The notes under the pieces were generated by a model. That model was given only the letters and a program-made list of their open reading frames with translations, ran no database searches and was not told the origin of the DNA. From NCBI RefSeq assembly GCF_009834535.1, contig NC_045727.1:10416001-10480000 (forward strand): a stretch of DNA of 64,000 nucleotides, read 5' to 3'. Shown one piece after another: positions 10,176 through 22,350 of this stretch. The number at the start of each line of letters is the position of its first letter. The stretch's first letter is position 1. This DNA comes from Camelus ferus. Taxonomy: Eukaryota. Both the position numbers and the translations under genes were made by a program.

Positions 10176-11809
10176 CGTTTGCTGCAGAGAAAGGCGCCGA
10201 GATGAAAGAAAGCAATCAGGGGGATCCTGATGGCCTCGCCTGCCAAGCTGGAGAGGGGGCGGGGGTGGATGCCGCAGGGAGAGGAAGAGTGGGGGGCCGG
10301 ATCCCCACCTCCAGCCTGAGTCCACCTTCCCCCGCCCGGGGCTGCACCCACGACCCAGCCCCGCCCCGACCAGGGCGCCATCTCTGCTGGATGCTGAGGT
10401 ACCACGCTTTCCCCAACTAGCCTCACGTCTGCACTTGCTGGGACCTGACCCCCAAACCTGCCCTGGACCTTGCTCTGGACCTTGCAGGTTTCTGACTGTC
10501 AAAGCCAGTAGTCTCTCAGGACTCATCCAGATCCATTCCTTTGGCCCCTGATGCACCTTCGACCCCTCCCCAAACCCTGGGGGCCCTGCACCCCCATCTG
10601 CCCCTCTCTTTTGTCACTGACCAGCTTTGACCAGTCCTGGAATCAGCCGGCTCTGCTCTTCAGTCCGGGAAACAAGTGAAGGCGTCCAAGAGCGACTGGG
10701 ATTGTCGAGGGAGGGTGTGCAGGGGGAGGGGGAGGCTGGGGCTGGGACCTCTGGTGGAAAGCAGGTAGGGTGAGCAGGGAAGGCCCCTCTGCAGAGGCCA
10801 TACTGAACCCCAGGAGGGGACTGAGAGGGCTGGGCTGGCTGTGAGCTGGGCGCATAGGCAGACTGGAGCCTGGAAAGCTGGAGGGAGAAGACAGAGGCTG
10901 GATGGGGCAGACGGACAGAGATATCCGAGTCCTGGAGCTGGGGGAACGCAGGACTGATCCTCTTATCCAGAGCCTCTGCGGGGGAAAGTGATGATTAGAT
11001 GTGTGCGTAGAGAGCTCTGTAGCAGGCTCACTTTGGGTAGGGTGTTAGGTGAGGAAAGTGTCAGGGAGTGGGTTGGAAGGCCATTGTGGCAGCCCAGGTG
11101 GCCAGCATCTGTGCTGGCACTGATGGGGGGGAACCAATGAGATGGGACCGAGGGGAGTGTCAAGTCCTGCTTGAGGTTTGAGGCTTGGGTAGCTCTGGGG
11201 GTAGATGTGTCACAGAGGTGCTCGGGTAGGTGGGTGGCTGGTTGGTTGGGCCACATACCTGGGTGGGCAGGTGCACATTTCCCAAGGTGGACTGGAGTCT
11301 AGGTATGGTTTACCCAGGCGGTGAGGTGGATAGGTGGGCCCTTTACCAAGGTGGACAAGTGGGCGGGTGTGGACCAGCAGGTGTTGTTGTGGAGGCTGCT
11401 GGGATTCCGTCCAGATGCTTCAGGGGTCAGTGCACCGGTCCTGCTCCTCTGGGTGTTAGCACCAGTGGTGCACAGGGGCCTCCGCCTTGGAGCACTGCCC
11501 TGGGCGATGGAAATGGCCACATGGCTCACCCCAAAGCTGGTGTCTGCTTCTACGGCCACAGGCAAGGGGAATAAAAGACCAGTCTCTGCTTTGCCTTGAG
11601 GCGATTTGAATTTGAAGCAGCCTGTGTCTGCCAGAGCTTTCACAGAAGAGGACGCTGGACTCCGACCCAGATGCCTTTTGCTTAGTGCTCCCTCCACCCC
11701 TCACCCAGCCCTGTCCTACTTCCAGGGTGACCAGCCATGTCACCCACCCTGTTGGTCAGTTTCCCTGGAGGCAGAACTCTCCATGTGCAAACCAGGATGG
11801 TCCTCACCC

Positions 11810-12228
11810 TGTGCTTCTGTTGCACCCCACCTCCCAAGAGGTGCCGAAGTCCTCAGTCTTGGGACCTGATTTGGAAGCAGATGTAATTAAGATGTAAATT
11901 AAGATGAGGTCATGCCAGAGTAGGGTGGGTGCTTCACCAATATAACTGATGTCCTTGTAAGAAGGGAGCAGGTGCCATGTGAAGACACAGGCAGGCAGGG
12001 AGAGCACCATGTGATGGCAGAGGCTGGAATGAGGCACCTGCAGGCCAAGGATCGCCAGAAACACTGGAAGCCAAGAGAGGGCCGTGGACAGGGCCTTCCT
12101 CAGAGCGTGGCCCTGCCAACACCTTGACTTGGACTTCCGGCCTCCAGAACTGTGAAGGAATCCATTTCTGTTGTTTTAAGTGGCCTTGTTTGTGGTTCTT
12201 CGTTAAGGCAGACCTAGCAAAGCAGTAC
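11810..12228 (+). mobile_element. MaLR solo LTR, MLT1C-like
   Basis: gatgtaattaag...gatgaggtcatgccagagtagggtggg...ccctgccaacaccttgacttggacttccggcctccagaactgtga...tttctgttgttttaag...gcagacctagcaaa follows the MLT1 consensus order. Confidence 0.8.
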
Positions 12229-12329
12229 TGATCTCTTCACTCGTCTTTTGAGAGCACACCCTTGAAAATCAGTAATTTGAACAAGAGCCCCCATCAGGCT
12301 TTGCTTCTAGGGAGCTTGACCTAAGACAG

Positions 12330-13000
12330 CTGGTGCCAAGAGTGCTGGTCCTAAGAAATGGATTCTAAGAGTGGCGGCCTGAAATTGGATCACTCGCCAG
12401 CCAAGTGGCAGCGAGGGACCATCACTGGTGGCAGGTGGGGGACTGATAGCCCCTGGCATGGGTAGCAGTGTGGCAGTGAAGACCGTCACCTGGGAGAACT
12501 GGGGTGGGAGACAGGTGGAGGGGAGGCTGGTACAACGTCTCAGCACTTGACAGGTAGGGAGGAAACAGTAACCATACGGGCTGTGGAACCGGGTGGCTGT
12601 TAACAAAGTATTACTGAGTCCTTGAGGGAACGTGGCAGGCTGAGATAGATTAATCAAGGGTAGAAAGGAAAGTGAGTGTCAGAGGCTGCCTGGCACGTGT
12701 CAGGAGACCCTGCAGTGCCGGACAGACAGAAATGAAGACAAGGCACCACACTCAGGAAAACACAGCAGGACTCCCGGCAAGGTGGCCTCGCAACCCAGAC
12801 AAGCCTCTTGCATCAAACTCAGGGCCCTGATGGCGAAGGAGTGGGACCCTGACTCCTGAGGTGGGGATATCTTGAGCACTTTGAACTCCATGCTCTACAT
12901 TCTCTGTGCCTGCAGAAGCAGCCAGCTCCCTCTGTGGTGAAAGGCAGTGCCTCCACTTCCCAGCAGAGCTTGCAGAGACCTCAGAGGAAGCAGGTGCCTC
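12330..13000 (+). mobile_element. ERVL internal sequence, 5'/gag portion (degenerate)
   Basis: ctcagggccctgatggcgaaggagtgggaccctgactcctgaggtggggatatc (about 12818-12872) matches the remembered ERVL gag segment gtcagggccctgattgggaaggagtgggaccctga. Confidence 0.55.
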
Positions 13001-13619
13001 ATAAAGTGTTTGCCTCTGGGTCTGCCCCACTCCCCTGCTGGCCACCACCACACCCCAAATTAGGATCATCTCAGCATAGACCAACTGAAGCGGGAGGGCA
13101 GGGCTGGCTAAGAGGTGCTGGCAGGAACCCAGATGCCTGGGTGTGGGGTGATATCCTGGGGTGACAGATCAGGGCAGTAGGCTACAAAGACAGATGAGGT
13201 AGAGCAGGTGCTCTCCTGAGACTTGGGGACTCTGGCAAGAGCCCAGGAGTTCACTCGAATATGCCACCACGATGGCCTTGGGCAAAGCTATGGCTTAGAA
13301 CAAACAAAATAGAGATGCTGGAGCAGCCATGGAAAAAATGGAAACGAAGAGGTCGGAAAACTCAGAAGGGGGCATGTTCAGTTGCGTTTACTGTTTGTTA
13401 GAAAAGCCACAAGCTGCCCAGGTCTTCAGAGGGGCCTGGAGGATGCTGTGTCTTTTCCATGATGTTGCTTTCCGCCCATCAGGATCAGTACTTGAAGAGC
13501 ATCTCTGTAGACAGCATGCAATTATGTCTAACTTTTTTTTAAAAGTAAACCTGACAGTGTCTGCCTTTTAGTTGGGGTGTTTGTTCCCTTAAACATAAGG
13601 TAACTGTTGCTGTAGCTGA

Positions 13620-14180
13620 ACGGAGGTCTGACATCGCGTTGTTTTCCCCATGTCCTGTCTGTTTTTGTTTCTCTAACCCTCCTTTCTACTCTCCTCCCGA
13701 CTCACTGTAACACAGTTAAGAAGTCCATTCAGTTTTTCTATTTTTAGCTATACCATTTTGCCTTTTTTACTGGTAGCTGTAGGAATTACAGCATATCACC
13801 TTAACTTTTTTGCAGTCAACTTACAGTTAGAATTGTACCACTTCTTGGGGGGAGGGTATAGCCCAATGGTAGAGTGTGTACTTAGCATGCATGAGATCCA
13901 GGGTTCAATCCCCAGTACCTCCATTAAAATAAATTTTAAAATAAACCTAATTACCTCCCCCAAAAAAACAAAACAAAACAAAAACAAAAAACTGTACCAA
14001 TTCATGTAAAATGTAAGAACAATGGGACTGCATGGTTTCAGTCACTGCCACACCCCCTGTCTTTTTGTGATAGTGGCTATGTGTTATAAACACCAAGATG
14101 ACATGCTACAGTAGTATTTGTTTTATGCAGTTATCTATATTTTATAAAAAAAAAAAAAAAAGAAAGAATCTTACTAAAGA
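13620..14180 (-). mobile_element. Old L1 fragment interrupted by a SINE
   Basis: AT-rich L1M-like sequence (ggaattacagcatatcaccttaacttttttgcagtcaacttacagttag...taccaattcatgtaaaatgtaagaac). Confidence 0.4.
13847..13990 (+). mobile_element. tRNA-derived SINE (camelid Vic-1-like)
   Basis: GGGGAGGGTATAGCCCAATGGTAGAG...GGGTTCAATCCCCAGTACCTCC with A and B boxes and an A-rich tail. Imperfect TSD aattgtaccacttc 13831-13844 / aactgtaccaattc 13990-14003. Confidence 0.85.
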
Positions 14181-14190
14181 ACTTCCTTAG

Positions 14191-14343
14191 GTATTTCTTG
14201 GGTTTGGTTTGGTTTGGTTTGTGGAGAGAGGTAATTAGCCTTATTTATTTATTAATTTATTTTTTAATGGAGGTACTGGGGATTGAACCCAGGACCTTGT
14301 GCATGCTAAACACATGCTCTACCACTGAGCTATACCCTGCCCC
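14191..14343 (-). mobile_element. tRNA-derived SINE (camelid Vic-1-like)
   Basis: Reverse complement reads GGGGCAGGGTATAGCTCAGTGGTAGAGCATGTGTTTAGCATGCACAAGGTCCTGGGTTCAATCCCCAGTACCTCC, then an A-rich and (CAAAC)n tail. Confidence 0.85.
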
Positions 14344-14439
14344 ATAAATTTTATGTATGATAAGACTTGTATCTTGAATATATAAAGAAGTCTCACAGTC
14401 CAATAATAAAAAAGGGAAATAAACAAAATTTTTGAGCTC

Positions 14440-15910
14440 CATTGGCCCTATGTGCATGCTCCACGCTGGAACATCCTCTCAAAGTAAAGGACCCATAGCC
14501 ACGCCCTGCACTCCTGGCCACAGAGGAGAACACACTGCAGGGGTGCAGCTTTGGGTTTTGGAGGCAGCATGTCCTGCACCTGGGAATCCCACCTGAGCCA
14601 TTTGCTGGATGATCCAGAGCCTTCCAGCTTTGAGTATAGCCCAGAGCAGAAAAGGGGTCTGCAGTAGACCCTGTGATCTGGCAGAGCCCAAGGCAAATGC
14701 TACAGCAGGGAAGGATTTCCGATGGAGCCCCCGGAAGGTTTCAGTGGGCAGACTCCCAGCGTCTGGAGTGAGGCCATGCCACACACCATTCACAGAGCAG
14801 CTGCTGGCATTTTCCTGGGCCCTGCAGGAACGGAGCCTTGACCTTGGGCTACCAAGTGGCCCTGTGGCCAGAATGGCTCATCAGAGCAAGGTACTAGGTA
14901 CTGGGTACCGTCAGAGCTGCCAGGACTTTAGGGGCCATCACACAATGAAAGAGGCGGGGCCAGGATCAGCTCCGAGGACCCGAGTCAGCTGCATAAGCAA
15001 GTGACTGCCACCCTGAGTGGCTTCGCTCACTGACACCTCGGTGGCCCTGAGCAGCAGCGTTGGACAAGCCCTCTAGAGGGCAGAGCTTCTGAGGACCACA
15101 TGTCATCCACCCTGTGAGGAAGAGGAGACATGGCCCTGGGGCTGCAGCAAACAGTGCAGCCGGTTGGTCCAGGAGCCCAGACACAGCAAGAGTAGGAGTT
15201 TGGAGACAAGGAGGTGACAGGAGGAGGCACCAGGAGACCGAGGGTTCTGCTGGGTTTCCCACTGAGACACGTGATCTAGACCCAGGGATGGAGCAGGAAT
15301 GCCCACTCCCCAGTTCTCCCAGCAACCCAGCTGGGGAATTTATGTTCCCATCCTCAAAACTTCAGGTTCTGGGTCCTGGGAGGGGGGACGTTCAGGGACA
15401 CAGTAAGAGTTGCACAAAACGTAAGCTATGATAGCTGCCAGTCACTCTGGGCTCCTTGTGGCACCAAGCAAATGGGTCCCCACTGGGCAGGGAAGGGAGA
15501 CACGGGTTCTAGGAACAGGGATGTTTCATCTTCTCATTCACTGGGTGTCCTGAAGCGCTCCCTTGCTCAGCGGTCACTGGGAGGGGGTCATGACAGCCAG
15601 CGCAGCCTGAGGTGATGTGATGCCCAGGGACTCAGATCCCCGAGGGGGAGGATCTGGGTCCCCGCAGCAGGTGAGCTGCCCAGACCTTCAGAAGTCTGGT
15701 GGGAGAGGGGCTTCTAGAAAGGTGGGGGAGATCAGGGGTGGCGCCTGGTTGCAGACTGGGAACCAAATTAAGCTGCAGCCGAAGCCCACGCACTAGCCTC
15801 CCTCCCCTACTACTGTCCAGAAATTGTGCCTGGCCACAACCCTGGGGAGGCCGACTGCAGTGACCTTAACATGAGAGCAGGTGGGCTGAAGACGCAGCGC
15901 TGCAGTAAGT
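14440..15910 (+). mobile_element. ERVL internal sequence: pol (RT connection/RNase H), dUTPase-like and 3' region, degenerate
   Basis: tttgggttttggaggcagcatgtcctgcacctggg...agctttgagtatagcccagagcagaaaagggg, gagggcagagcttctgag...gagacatggcc and ggggacgttcagggacacagtaagag...ctctgggctccttgtgg match remembered ERVL pol and dUTPase segments in colinear order. No intact ORF. Confidence 0.6.
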
Positions 15911-16079
15911 GTCCCCGGGGGTGTGAGCTGGTCACTTGCAGCTGACCCTGTCCCTGGAGCACCGCTGACCTTGGCGGGGAGGCTGTGCACCTGACCTCAC
16001 TCGAGGTGGCCCCAGACCCCTAGGCTGAAGTTAGTCAGCCTCCTCTGGCATCTTCCCCTCCCTCAGGTGCTCCCCCCAC

Positions 16080-16600
16080 CACAAACACTGCTATCACCAT
16101 CACTCTGATGTTGCCTTTTTCAAAGTGCCTCTAAGTGCAGTCACAGTATGTAGCATTTTGAAACTGGTTCTTTAGGCAGGACAGTGTTGGTGAGGTCCTC
16201 TGTATTGTCGCGTGTGTCGCTGTCACTCTGGGTGGCACCCTGGTGTGCCTAGACCCCAGACCTCGTCCTGTTCATCCGCTCACCAGCTGATGGGTGTCTG
16301 GGTTGCTTTCAAGTTTTGGTGGTGATGAATAGAGCTGCTCTAAACATTCGTGGGCGGTGTCTTGTGGAAGCAGAAGATTTCATTTCTCCGGGGTGAATCC
16401 CGGGGATGGAGTTGCTGGTTTGTGCTGGAGGTGTACATCTGATTGTAAGCTGGCTGGTTTCTTTTCAACATTTCCCTCTCCTGCTGGAGGAAGCCACCCC
16501 CACTGGGCATCTCCGTAGCTACATCATCTGCCTCGTTAGGTACACATCCTATTTCCCATTCTACAAAAGGTGACAATGTCGCTAAATGTCTTGTGACCCC
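16080..16600 (-). mobile_element. Ancient L1 (L1M) 3' fragment
   Basis: tcatccgctcaccagctgatgggtgtctgggttgctttcaagttttgg...atgaatagagctgctctaaacattcgt...gatggagttgctgg is typical of an antisense L1 3' end. Confidence 0.6.
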
Positions 16601-17799
16601 ACAACTAGGGTCTCCTCCAGTGCTTTCTCCTCCTTCCCCTAGACCCATCATCAGTTTCAGCAGGGTCCTCCCGTCCCCACACCGTCCATCCCCCAGGCCC
16701 GAGGCTCAGCGTTACTACCGGCATCCTCCCCTTCCAGCACTAGAAACTGTCTGGGTACCTTGGGCTACACAGCAGCCCCTCCCACTCAGTGCTGGGGACA
16801 CCGCAGTCACCTCTTATTGCTGCCTCTCATGGGTCTCACTTAGATGTCCTGCAGTTGCAGGCAATGGTGGCTGGGACGGAAGCCACCCGAAGGCTGCCCC
16901 ACCCCTGTGCGGTGTTCACGCTGGTTGTTGGCTGGTCCTCCAGCTGGAGTTGCCAGCTGTGTGTCCACTCCTTGTGGCTGCCGGTGCCTCGTCGCAGTGA
17001 GGTGGCTGGGCTCAGAGAACAAGCATCCCAAGATGGTATCTAGGCTTCACAGCTATAGGAGGGCCCCAGAATGCGGAGGGATAAAGGTGGTGGGCACAGC
17101 CTTCCTGACCACTGACCCTGTTACCTGCCCCTGAGAGGAACTGACTTTGATGCATAGTGGACCCCTAGGTGCCTCTCTGACCTAAATGGTGAGCATGCGG
17201 TTCTGGGAGGAAAGTTGGCTGGGAGAGGTTTCCACAGTCATCCAAAGGGACATGTGGGAAGAGATGAGAAGTCTGGGGCCGTGGCAGCCATCGTGCAACT
17301 ACGAGGTGGGCCACTCAAAGAGATGGTGGCTCCTTCATTAAGCTTCCAGATTAACAAGCCCTGGGCACCCTATGTCAGGACTCCTGTGTCAGAAGTAGAG
17401 TCAGCAGGTTCTGTCACTTGAAGTCCAAAGTGTCTTCATTGATACCAGAATGGAGTCAGCAAGAGAGTTTGAGGAAGGGCGTGAGAGGCGGAGGAGAAGC
17501 GAAATCACGTGTGGCTCCCCTAACGGTACCTGCCATTCACGGGGGCCCCTGCTGGGGGGGGTTCTAACCCCTCACACACAGTCACTGGTTGAGCCCTCAG
17601 AACATCTGTGATTTGGGTCGCTATTGTTATGTCAGCCTACAGATTGGAAGATTGAGGCACAGTGGGTGAAGGAACCTACCCCACAGAAGGGACAGCTAGG
17701 GTACTAGCCAGGTGGTCTGCTGCTCTGTCCTGTGAGCCACACAAGCACTTTTCAGAGGTCCAGAGAAGGCCTTAAGCAGAAGCCCTGACCAGCTGGTCA

Positions 17800-18100
17800 A
17801 TGCTGCTTAGATGAGGATGAAACAGTCTTCCTCGAATTTGGTAAAGTGCAGGTCACCGGCAATGTTGGGCAGAATGACCACAGAGGATGGGGTGAACAGA
17901 GCCAGACTGGTCTGGGTTGAAGAGTGGGAGAGGAGGACACCGAGTCAGCTCTGGAGACTCATGGCTGTGATGAGGGTGGGGAGGGAGTGTGGTGGTTTGG
18001 GGGGCGGTTCTGGGTTATACAGGAAAGCAAACGAGAAGTGTCTCCAGAGCTGGGAAGGGCGGCCTTCGGTTGGGTCCGGAAGGTTCACTGACCCAGGAGG
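17800..18100 (-). mobile_element. L2 fragment
   Basis: gaatttggtaaagtgcaggtcaccggcaatgttgggcagaatg...gccagactggtctgggttgaagagtgggag resembles antisense L2. Confidence 0.4.
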
Positions 18101-18539
18101 GAAGGCAGGTTTCCTGAGGAGCAGATGTAGCTTTCCTCTGGTGCCCCGTTTCCGTCCTGAGCTTGGGACCTGGATCCTAAGTGGAGGGGGTGTGAGTAAG
18201 GGAGGTTTGGGATCAAAGTGCGGTGGGACCACGGGGTTGCTGATATTAGGCCCCACTTGAGGATGGAAGTCAAGAGTTTGGGGGCCAGGAGACTGTGCCG
18301 TTTAGGGATTTCTCCGGACTCGCTCTTCCACCTGGGTAGGACCCTGAAGGGGACGAGCAGCCTGCCCTGGCCTCGGTGGCTACCGGAGGAGGGGACCCAG
18401 GGGCTGGGCCAGGAGGCGCCGCTGCGCTCAGGGACTGCCGGGTCCAGGCGTCCTCGGGCCGCTGGCAGGGCTGGACCGCAGCGCCGCGGGTCAGGGGCAC
18501 GGATGCGGAACACAAGGCCCCCCGCGGACCCTACCCCCC

Positions 18540-18693
18540 GCCCGCCGCCGCCGGGGATTAGCGCGTTCCTGGCTGTGCGGTGGGATTAGCCCGCGTGGAC
18601 CCGGCGTCCGAACCGGGGATTACGGCGCGCCCCGCCTCGACGGATATATTCCCGCGGCCGCGGCGGCGGCGGCGGCCGCGGCGGGCGGGCGGC
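18540..18693 (+). promoter_or_regulatory. GSC2 proximal promoter with three GGGATTA (TAATCCC) sites and a TATA-like box
   Basis: GGGATTA at 18554-18560, 18582-18588 and 18616-18622; TATATT at 18645-18650; (GCG)n 5'UTR. TAATCCC is the known K50 homeodomain site bound by GSC2. Confidence 0.75.
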
Positions 18694-19845
18694 ATGGCGG
18701 CGGCAGGGGGCGCGGCAGGCCGCAGGGGCCCCGGGCGGCCCTGCCCCTTCTCTATCGAGCACATCCTCTCCGGCCTCCCCGAGCGGAGCCCTCCCGCCCG
18801 GGGCGTCCGCCCGCCGCCACCCGCCGGCCGCCAGAGCCCCGCGGAGCCCGGGGCGCCCGAGGCGGCACCCTGTGCCTGCTGCTGCTGCTGCTGCGGCCCC
18901 CGCGCGGCGCCCCGCGGGCCCCCAGAGCCGGCCGCCGGGCTGGGTGAGTGGGCGCAGGGCTCGGGGGACTCCGGGCACGGCGCGGGCGCAGCGGAGCTCG
19001 GCTCCCGCCCCGCGTCTCACCGCGCGCTCTCCCCGCAGGCGCGCGGCTGCCGTGGCCGCTGAGGCTGGGGCCTGGGGCGCCCTTGCCCTTGGCCGCGCCG
19101 ACCGGAGGCCCGGGGGCGCTACCCGGCGCCGGTGGTCCGGGCCCGCAGCGGCGCACGCGGCGCCACCGCACCATCTTCAGCGAGGAGCAGCTGCAGGCGC
19201 TGGAGGCGCTCTTCGTGCAGAACCAGTACCCCGACGTGGGCACTCGCGAGCGCCTGGCCGGCCGCATCCGCCTCCGCGAGGAGCGCGTGGAGGTGGGTGC
19301 CCGTCGTCGCCTCTTCCGCCACCTCCGAGGAGCAGGTCCGCGGTCCCAGGCGAGGGGTGGGAGCTTGAGCGGAGGTCAGGCTTGTTTTTTCTTTAGTTTT
19401 AAACCACCCGCGCCCCGCCCCCATGAGAAATGAGGTGCGCATCCCTGTTTCGGAATTTGGGAAGCTTAGGAGAGCGCAAAGTTGCAGAGGGGGCGTCCCG
19501 GGTGCCGCCAGGCGGAGTCCGGGCTGGGAAGGGGCAAGCAGGGATGCCGGTCCGGGTGGGAAAGAGGTTCGGGTCCCGCAGCAAGAGCCGCCGTCCCCAC
19601 CTGCAGCGGTTGAGAGACAGTGGCACAGCCGCTGCCCAGGGCCGGCTCCGCAGCCAGGGTCCCGAAGCCCCGCCAGTTGATTTGGGGAGCCGCGCGTTTC
19701 GCGTGCCCTGGGGCCAGGCCTGCCTGAGCGCGTCTCTTTCTCTCAGGTCTGGTTCAAGAATCGCCGTGCCAAGTGGCGACACCAGAAGCGCGCGTCGGCG
19801 AGTCTCCTGCCCAGAGCCAAGAAGGCCTCGAAGGAGAGCTGCTGA
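18694..19845 (+). CDS. GSC2: Goosecoid homeobox 2 (GSCL), 200 aa
   Basis: Exons 18694-18943, 19039-19292, 19747-19845 (603 nt). Eh1 motif [15 protein letters not shown] tract, and paired-class homeodomain [48 protein letters not shown]|[14 protein letters not shown] with K50. Confidence 0.97.
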
Positions 19846-21559
19846 CGGCTCTGGGAGTTACCCCTGGGCTTGGCCGGTCCCTGGGGCCGGCTCAGGGAGA
19901 GGACAGAGGTGTCCTAATCGGAGCTGGGAGAGGAGACCAGCCTCTTCCGTGATGTCTGTACAGCTGCCTGTGCCCTTGAGCTCGGCGCAGGACCCCTCTG
20001 CATGTGGCCCAGCGCCGCCTGCCCCGGGGATGAGAGGGCGTGGATGCCCGATGCTCTCTGTGCGCTCTCCTCCCCAAAGGCAAGAGGGCAGGAGAGCCGG
20101 TGAGATTCAGGGGTGGGGTTGCAGGGCACAGAGCAGGTCAACTTCTTCAACCCCTCACCACACCCCAGGAGGGACTAACATGCCCTGGGACAGGAGCTAC
20201 CCCTTGTCAACACCCCGAATCCCCTTCCCCTCCTCCACATGCTGGCTCCCTCCTCTCCTCAGCAGGACAAAGCCCCCTTGACCTGGCCTGTAACCCTCCC
20301 GAGGCGGGGCCTGGGCGTCCCGACTTGCAGAATAAGGAGCTTGGGTGAGGTCATCTCCAGAGCCCCTTTACTACGCCTCAGTTTTGAGTCCTGTGTGCAC
20401 TGAGAAATAAGTAAGCAACTACAGACACTGAAAAAGCAGTCCAGACCCCGAAGTCCTCGATGGCTCCACTCTGTACTCAGCCAGGACCTGCCCGTCTTCT
20501 CTCCTTCCTAGGGAGCCGGGGCAGCTCGTCACAGCCCGGTGAGTCCTCAGTCCCTCTGCCAGGGTGCCCTCAGCAGAGCAGACTGCCCCACGGATCATGG
20601 CCCAGCACCCTGGGGGCCTACACTGGCCTCTAGGAGCTGCTTCTTGGGTGGGGGTCCTTGGCTTCCCCTCTGTGGGGGGTTTCCATGCAGTAGCATCTGC
20701 CTTCCCCCCAGCAGTCAACTCTGCCTCCCTGTGGGGGCAAGAAGAGGTTTGATTGAGGAGGATCCCTCCCCACTGCCTTGGAAAATGCCTGCTGTTCCTC
20801 CATCACCCTGGCCCTGTGGTGAAGGACATCATGAGAACAAGGCTTCAGTTCCCCGAGTTGGCCTGTATAGTGGACGCGAGGCACCTAACACACCCTCACC
20901 TGGCTCAGGGACCTGGTTCTGCCTCCTCACAGGTCCTGGAGGAAATGGGGCGGGGGTAATCTGGAAGGAGACACAGGCCATCCACAAAAGGTGCAGAAGT
21001 CAGGGTTGCAGCTTAGATAACACTAAGTGCAAGGGGTCCCCAGCCAGGGCTACCCTAACACTGCCAGGGTCTCTGGGACAGTGGCTCTCACTCACTTGCA
21101 GGATGCACACTTCTGTGTGTCACAAAGCTCTTCTCCCTGAACCCTGAACTTATTCCTGGAGACTGCACAGACTGCCTGCAGAGCTTTCTCACAGGCTGGG
21201 ACATCCTCATCTCCCTGGGTCCCAAGACCCTCACCCTCATGGGCTGAGTGGCTATTTGTCACTGTGCAGGGCACCTGTGATCAGAGCTCCACTTTCAAGG
21301 GACCAGTGGCCATGCTGCCCTCCTGGTTTTTCCTTCATCTGCAGCTGTCTCAGGCAGGCTTGCCCCATAGTGACCATGAACGTCGGGGGTCCTTTGGGCC
21401 GTGATCATGCACTTGCCTCTAATCTCCATCCTCACCCTGGTTTATCTCTTCTACCCTCTGATTCCCATCCCCGTCCCACATTGACATCCCAGCCCAGGCC
21501 TCTGCCCTGTGCTAGACAGTTATATCCAGCCGTCCCTTTGATTACTCCACCTGGAAGCC

Positions 21560-22350
21560 CACAGCTCCTCTAAGTCACCTTGTCCACAGCAGTCTCTTCC
21601 CCTGTGCATCCCAGGTGCATGAGCCAGGGAGCTGGCAAATACCCCCACCCCTCCTCTTCCTCACCCAGCAAACCCAGGCCAACAGCAAGTCAATTTTACC
21701 TCCAAAAACAATCCCAGAATCTGTCCTCTCCCAGCTTTACCTGCACCTACCTGATAAAAACCACTGTCATCTCTCACTTTGACTGTTGCAGCTGCCTTCA
21801 GCTTGTCCTCCTGCACCCACTCTTGTTTCTCTGTAATTCATTCCCTGTAAAATCCAGGGTGCAAGTCTGAACCTACCTCTCCCCTACCTACAGCAGTCCA
21901 AGGGATTCCCACTTCTCCCAGAGCAAAGACAAAACTCTCCTTGGCCCATGACCCATGAGGCTTGTGCAGCCTGGCCCTGTTCCTCTGGCATTGGTCCCCA
22001 CCCCGCTGGTCCTTGCACTCTGTGTATCCAAAGGTCTCCTCCCGCTGGGTCTTCACACATGCTCTCCCTCCTCCGCCTCACCAATGTCTGCTCATCCTTT
22101 GGATCTGCAACCACTCCCTTCCCTGGGGAAACTGCCGCTGGCTGCCTTCTGGGTAGGATGCCCCGTAGAGGAGACTCTTTCCTTGTGCCTGCCTGCTGCA
22201 GTTTCACGCTTGTCTGTGAGATGATCTGACTGGTGTCTGTCCTCCGCTGCTGACTGTCAGCTCCATGAGGGCAGGAATCATCACCATGGATTCCCCAGTG
22301 AATGCGGGAGTAACTGCCTAACGGAATCATTCTGGGACAGAACATATTTG
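21560..22350 (+). mobile_element. L2 fragments including the 3' end
   Basis: aaccactgtcatctctcactttgactgttgcagctgcc and ctgactgtcagctccatgagggcagg resemble L2 3' consensus segments. Confidence 0.45.

Noticed and set aside
13847-13925. tRNA gene calls for the three tRNA-like sequences (also about 14268-14343 and 48239-48315)
   Set aside because: They have A-rich tails, TSDs in two cases, and mutually divergent stems. They are SINEs, not functional tRNAs.
19846-20420. GSC2 poly(A) signal
   Set aside because: Only AATAAG-type variants were seen (about 20331 and 20406); too weak to call.
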